A stretch of 62,887 nucleotides of DNA, filler included, from Deltaproteobacteria bacterium (GTDB lineage: Bacteria; JAUYMQ01): assembly GCA_030698575.1 (NCBI GenBank). It is 11 parts of 11 records of this genome, joined end to end, with 100 filler letters (N's around TTAATTAATTAA, not from the genome) between each part and the next. Parts side by side here need not be neighbours in the genome. Positions count along the whole stretch, not along the records: positions 60,204 to 62,887 come from JAUYMQ010000444.1; 10 more parts are not named here. One strand, 5' to 3'. The stretch's first letter is position 1. Each line of letters starts with the position of its first letter. Position numbers and translations under genes: made by a program. The notes below the pieces were generated by a model. It searched no databases, was not told the origin of the DNA, and worked only from the letters and a program-made list of their open reading frames with translations. Of this stretch, positions 60,583 to 62,887 are shown piece after piece.

Positions 60583-61536
60583 CTATTGAACGATGATCTT
60601 TCCCACCATGCCCAACTGCTCATGCCCCGCAACGGTGCAGGCGATCCTATATTCCCCGGGATGCTCAATCGTGAAGACCTCTGTTTGCTGCCCTCCCGGC
60701 GGCACATGGAGGTGGACTTCGGAGCGCGCCCCAATGACCCAGGCGTGCTCATTCTTTCCCCGGTTGCTGAGCGTGAGAGCTATCGGAATGCCCGCCCTCA
60801 CAACGACCTCTTGAGGTTCAAAACGGAAGTCACTTGCGACGACGTCGATCCGTTGCGCGTTTGACGGCACATCCACCTTCGCCCTTCGGTTCTGCCGGGC
60901 ATGATCGTGGCCATCGCCCGAACCACCGTGGCTACTTTCCATCTCGCCCGTTTCTTTCGCGCCGGACCCGGGGGAAGTGACGGAGAGCGCGCCCTCGGGG
61001 TATTGCGCTTCGATGACCCTGAGCAAGCCGTCGAGTTTCTTGAACTCTGCTTCCGTCGTCTGGGCATCGCCCTTATCCGCCGCGTCGTGCAGGCTATCCG
61101 CCAAATTCGCGAGTTGACCGGCAGCTCCCTGTACGCGCCGGAGCCTCGCCTCATCGAGATCACCTGATTCTTTAACCAGATTCTCACCGAGCCCGGGGAG
61201 CCCCTCAGCCACCTCATGAATATCATCGAGCTTACCTGTGGTGATCAACTTTTCGATCTCGTTTCGCTTGGTTTGAATTTTCGCCCAAGTCGCCGCTACG
61301 CCTCCCGTCGCCTCTGCTTCTCCCTTGGCCTCTCCTGCTTCGCCCTCGGCTTCATCGTGCGACGAGGTCTGATGCATCTCTTCCATCGACTCATGATCCG
61401 TCATGCCCGCGTCGCCGGCGGCGCGGGAGTTCTTATCTTCGGCCTGCTGATCAGTCTGCGCCCCACAAGCCGGCGCACCCCCGAACACGAGGACTAGCGC
61501 TAGGACCAGGAATTTCTTTCGACCGCTGGACCACAT
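60583..61536 (-). CDS. Exported His/acidic-rich protein with a C-terminal cupredoxin domain
   Basis: Signal/lipobox-like N-terminus, NEH...CTVAGHEQLGM type-1 copper ligands. Confidence 0.82.
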   Translation of the reverse strand: MWSSGRKKFLVLALVLVFGGAPACGAQTDQQAEDKNSRAAGDAGMTDHESMEEMHQTSSHDEAEGEAGEAKGEAEATGGVAATWAKIQTKRNEIEKLITTGKLDDIHEVAEGLPGLGENLVKESGDLDEARLRRVQGAAGQLANLADSLHDAADKGDAQTTEAEFKKLDGLLRVIEAQYPEGALSVTSPGSGAKETGEMESSHGGSGDGHDHARQNRRAKVDVPSNAQRIDVVASDFRFEPQEVVVRAGIPIALTLSNRGKNEHAWVIGARSEVHLHVPPGGQQTEVFTIEHPGEYRIACTVAGHEQLGMVGKIIVQ

Positions 61537-61539
61537 GAT

Positions 61540-62887
61540 TCACTCCTTTGTCGTTGAAACGGCGCCAGGCAGATCCAGGGGATCTCCTTGCGCCCGCTCG
61601 AGGTAACTTGCCGCTGCCCTCCGGCCGAATCTGAAAAAGACCGCGGGCGTGACGGCCATGTCGAGAACGGTGGAACTGGAAAGGCCGCCGAGGATCACCA
61701 CGGCCACCGGGTAGAGAATCTCTTTGCCTGGCTCTCCCGCCGCCAGCACGAGCGGAATGAGCGCCAGCCCCGCAACCGCGGCTGTCATTGTCACCGGAAC
61801 CAGACGCTCGAGCGAGCCGCGCACAATCATCTTCTCGTCGAACGCCTCCCCCTCGTGCTCCATGAGGTGTAAATAGTGGGAGATCATCATGATCGTGTTG
61901 CGCGACGCGATCCCGGCGAGCGTGATGAGACCCACCAGCGTCGCCACGGAAACGGTTCCCACCATGACGAAGGTAAGAACAAGCCCACCGATAAGGGCGA
62001 GCGGAATATTGAGAAGGATTTGCGCCACGATCATGACGCTTCTGAAATGGGAGAAGAGCACCATGAACATCACGGCAAGTGTAAACATGCTAAGGAATCC
62101 GATCAGGCGGGTGGCCTCTTGCTGACTCTGGAATTGTCCTTCGTAACTCATGAAGTAACCCTGCGGGAGATGAACCTGTTCCGAGACCTCCCGCTGGATC
62201 TGTACGACGGCGGAACCAAGATCGCGTTCCGAAATATTCGCGGACACGACGATCCGCCGCTGCACGTTGTCGCGGTTGATGATATTCGGCCCCTTGGCCT
62301 CCTGAATGTCCGCAACCAGCGAGAGGGGAATCTTCTTACCCTCCTCGGTGTCCACGAGCATCGCGCGGATCGCCTCGACGGATGATCGCGCCTCATCCCC
62401 GTAGCGCACGAAAAGATCGTAGGTCTGTTGCCCTTCCAGGATCTGGGCGACCGGCCGGCCGTTCAGGGCCGTTTCGAGCCGCTCGTTGAGGGCTCCCACC
62501 TCCACACCGTACTTCTTCGCTCGCTCACGATCGATGCGCACCTTGACCTGCGGGATGAGAACCTGTTTCTCGATCTGGAGATCGACGATGCCCGGCGTGG
62601 GCGCCATCACCGCCTCGATCTCCGCCGCCTTAGCCCTCAATACATCGAGGTCGGGGCCGAAAACCTTGACCGCGAGTTGCGCGCGGACGCCGGAGAGCAT
62701 GTGATCCAGACGGTGGGATATAGGCTGCCCTACGTTCAGGGCCGTTCCCGGAATCTGGGACAAGCGTGATCGAATATCCTCCAGAATGACTTCTCTGGAC
62801 CTCTCCGACTCGTGCAGATCCAGATCGATTTCCGTGTAGTGAACCCCCTCCGCGTGCTCGTCCAGCTCGGCGCGTCCTGTCCTCCGC
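61540..62887 (-). CDS. CusA/CzcA heavy-metal RND permease, 5' part outside the window
   Basis: GRAELDEH, QPISHRLDHMLSG, GIASRNTI, ERLVPVTMT; frame open to the window end. Confidence 0.93.
   Translation of the reverse strand, partial: RRTGRAELDEHAEGVHYTEIDLDLHESERSREVILEDIRSRLSQIPGTALNVGQPISHRLDHMLSGVRAQLAVKVFGPDLDVLRAKAAEIEAVMAPTPGIVDLQIEKQVLIPQVKVRIDRERAKKYGVEVGALNERLETALNGRPVAQILEGQQTYDLFVRYGDEARSSVEAIRAMLVDTEEGKKIPLSLVADIQEAKGPNIINRDNVQRRIVVSANISERDLGSAVVQIQREVSEQVHLPQGYFMSYEGQFQSQQEATRLIGFLSMFTLAVMFMVLFSHFRSVMIVAQILLNIPLALIGGLVLTFVMVGTVSVATLVGLITLAGIASRNTIMMISHYLHLMEHEGEAFDEKMIVRGSLERLVPVTMTAAVAGLALIPLVLAAGEPGKEILYPVAVVILGGLSSSTVLDMAVTPAVFFRFGRRAAASYLERAQGDPLDLPGAVSTTKE

Overview
This is not one continuous locus. 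It is 11 GC-rich bacterial contig pieces joined by ten artificial 100-bp linkers (N44-TTAATTAATTAA-N44), so gene neighbourhood is meaningful only within a piece. The gene style (split atpIBE, PEP-CTERM and IPTL-CTERM proteins, many lipid-degradation genes) suggests a Myxococcota/deltaproteobacteria-like genome bin; this is inference. Housekeeping genes: der, atpB/atpE, alr, thiS, purH, rph, rdgB, murJ, rpsT, holA, lptE, leuS. Other content: fatty-acid catabolism, polysaccharide glycosyltransferases, secreted redox proteins, a Rieske/cytochrome b/c cluster, a GH65, a siroheme reductase and a heavy-metal RND pump. Best leads: (1) a three-gene module (desaturase-like, hypothetical, HTTM-DCC1) bracketed by inverted GTCATTGCGAG REP-like repeats, with a possible IS110-type end inserted in the same motif at the contig edge; (2) a dif site at 4633-4660; (3) two in-frame TAG codons at probable Trp positions, one of which hides a cytochrome c domain fused to cytochrome b; (4) holA apparently lacks a canonical start codon; (5) a lower-GC cassette-like gene array with decayed attC-like remnants. 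I found no rRNA, tRNA or CRISPR array. All calls come from reading motifs by eye; no database searches were run.
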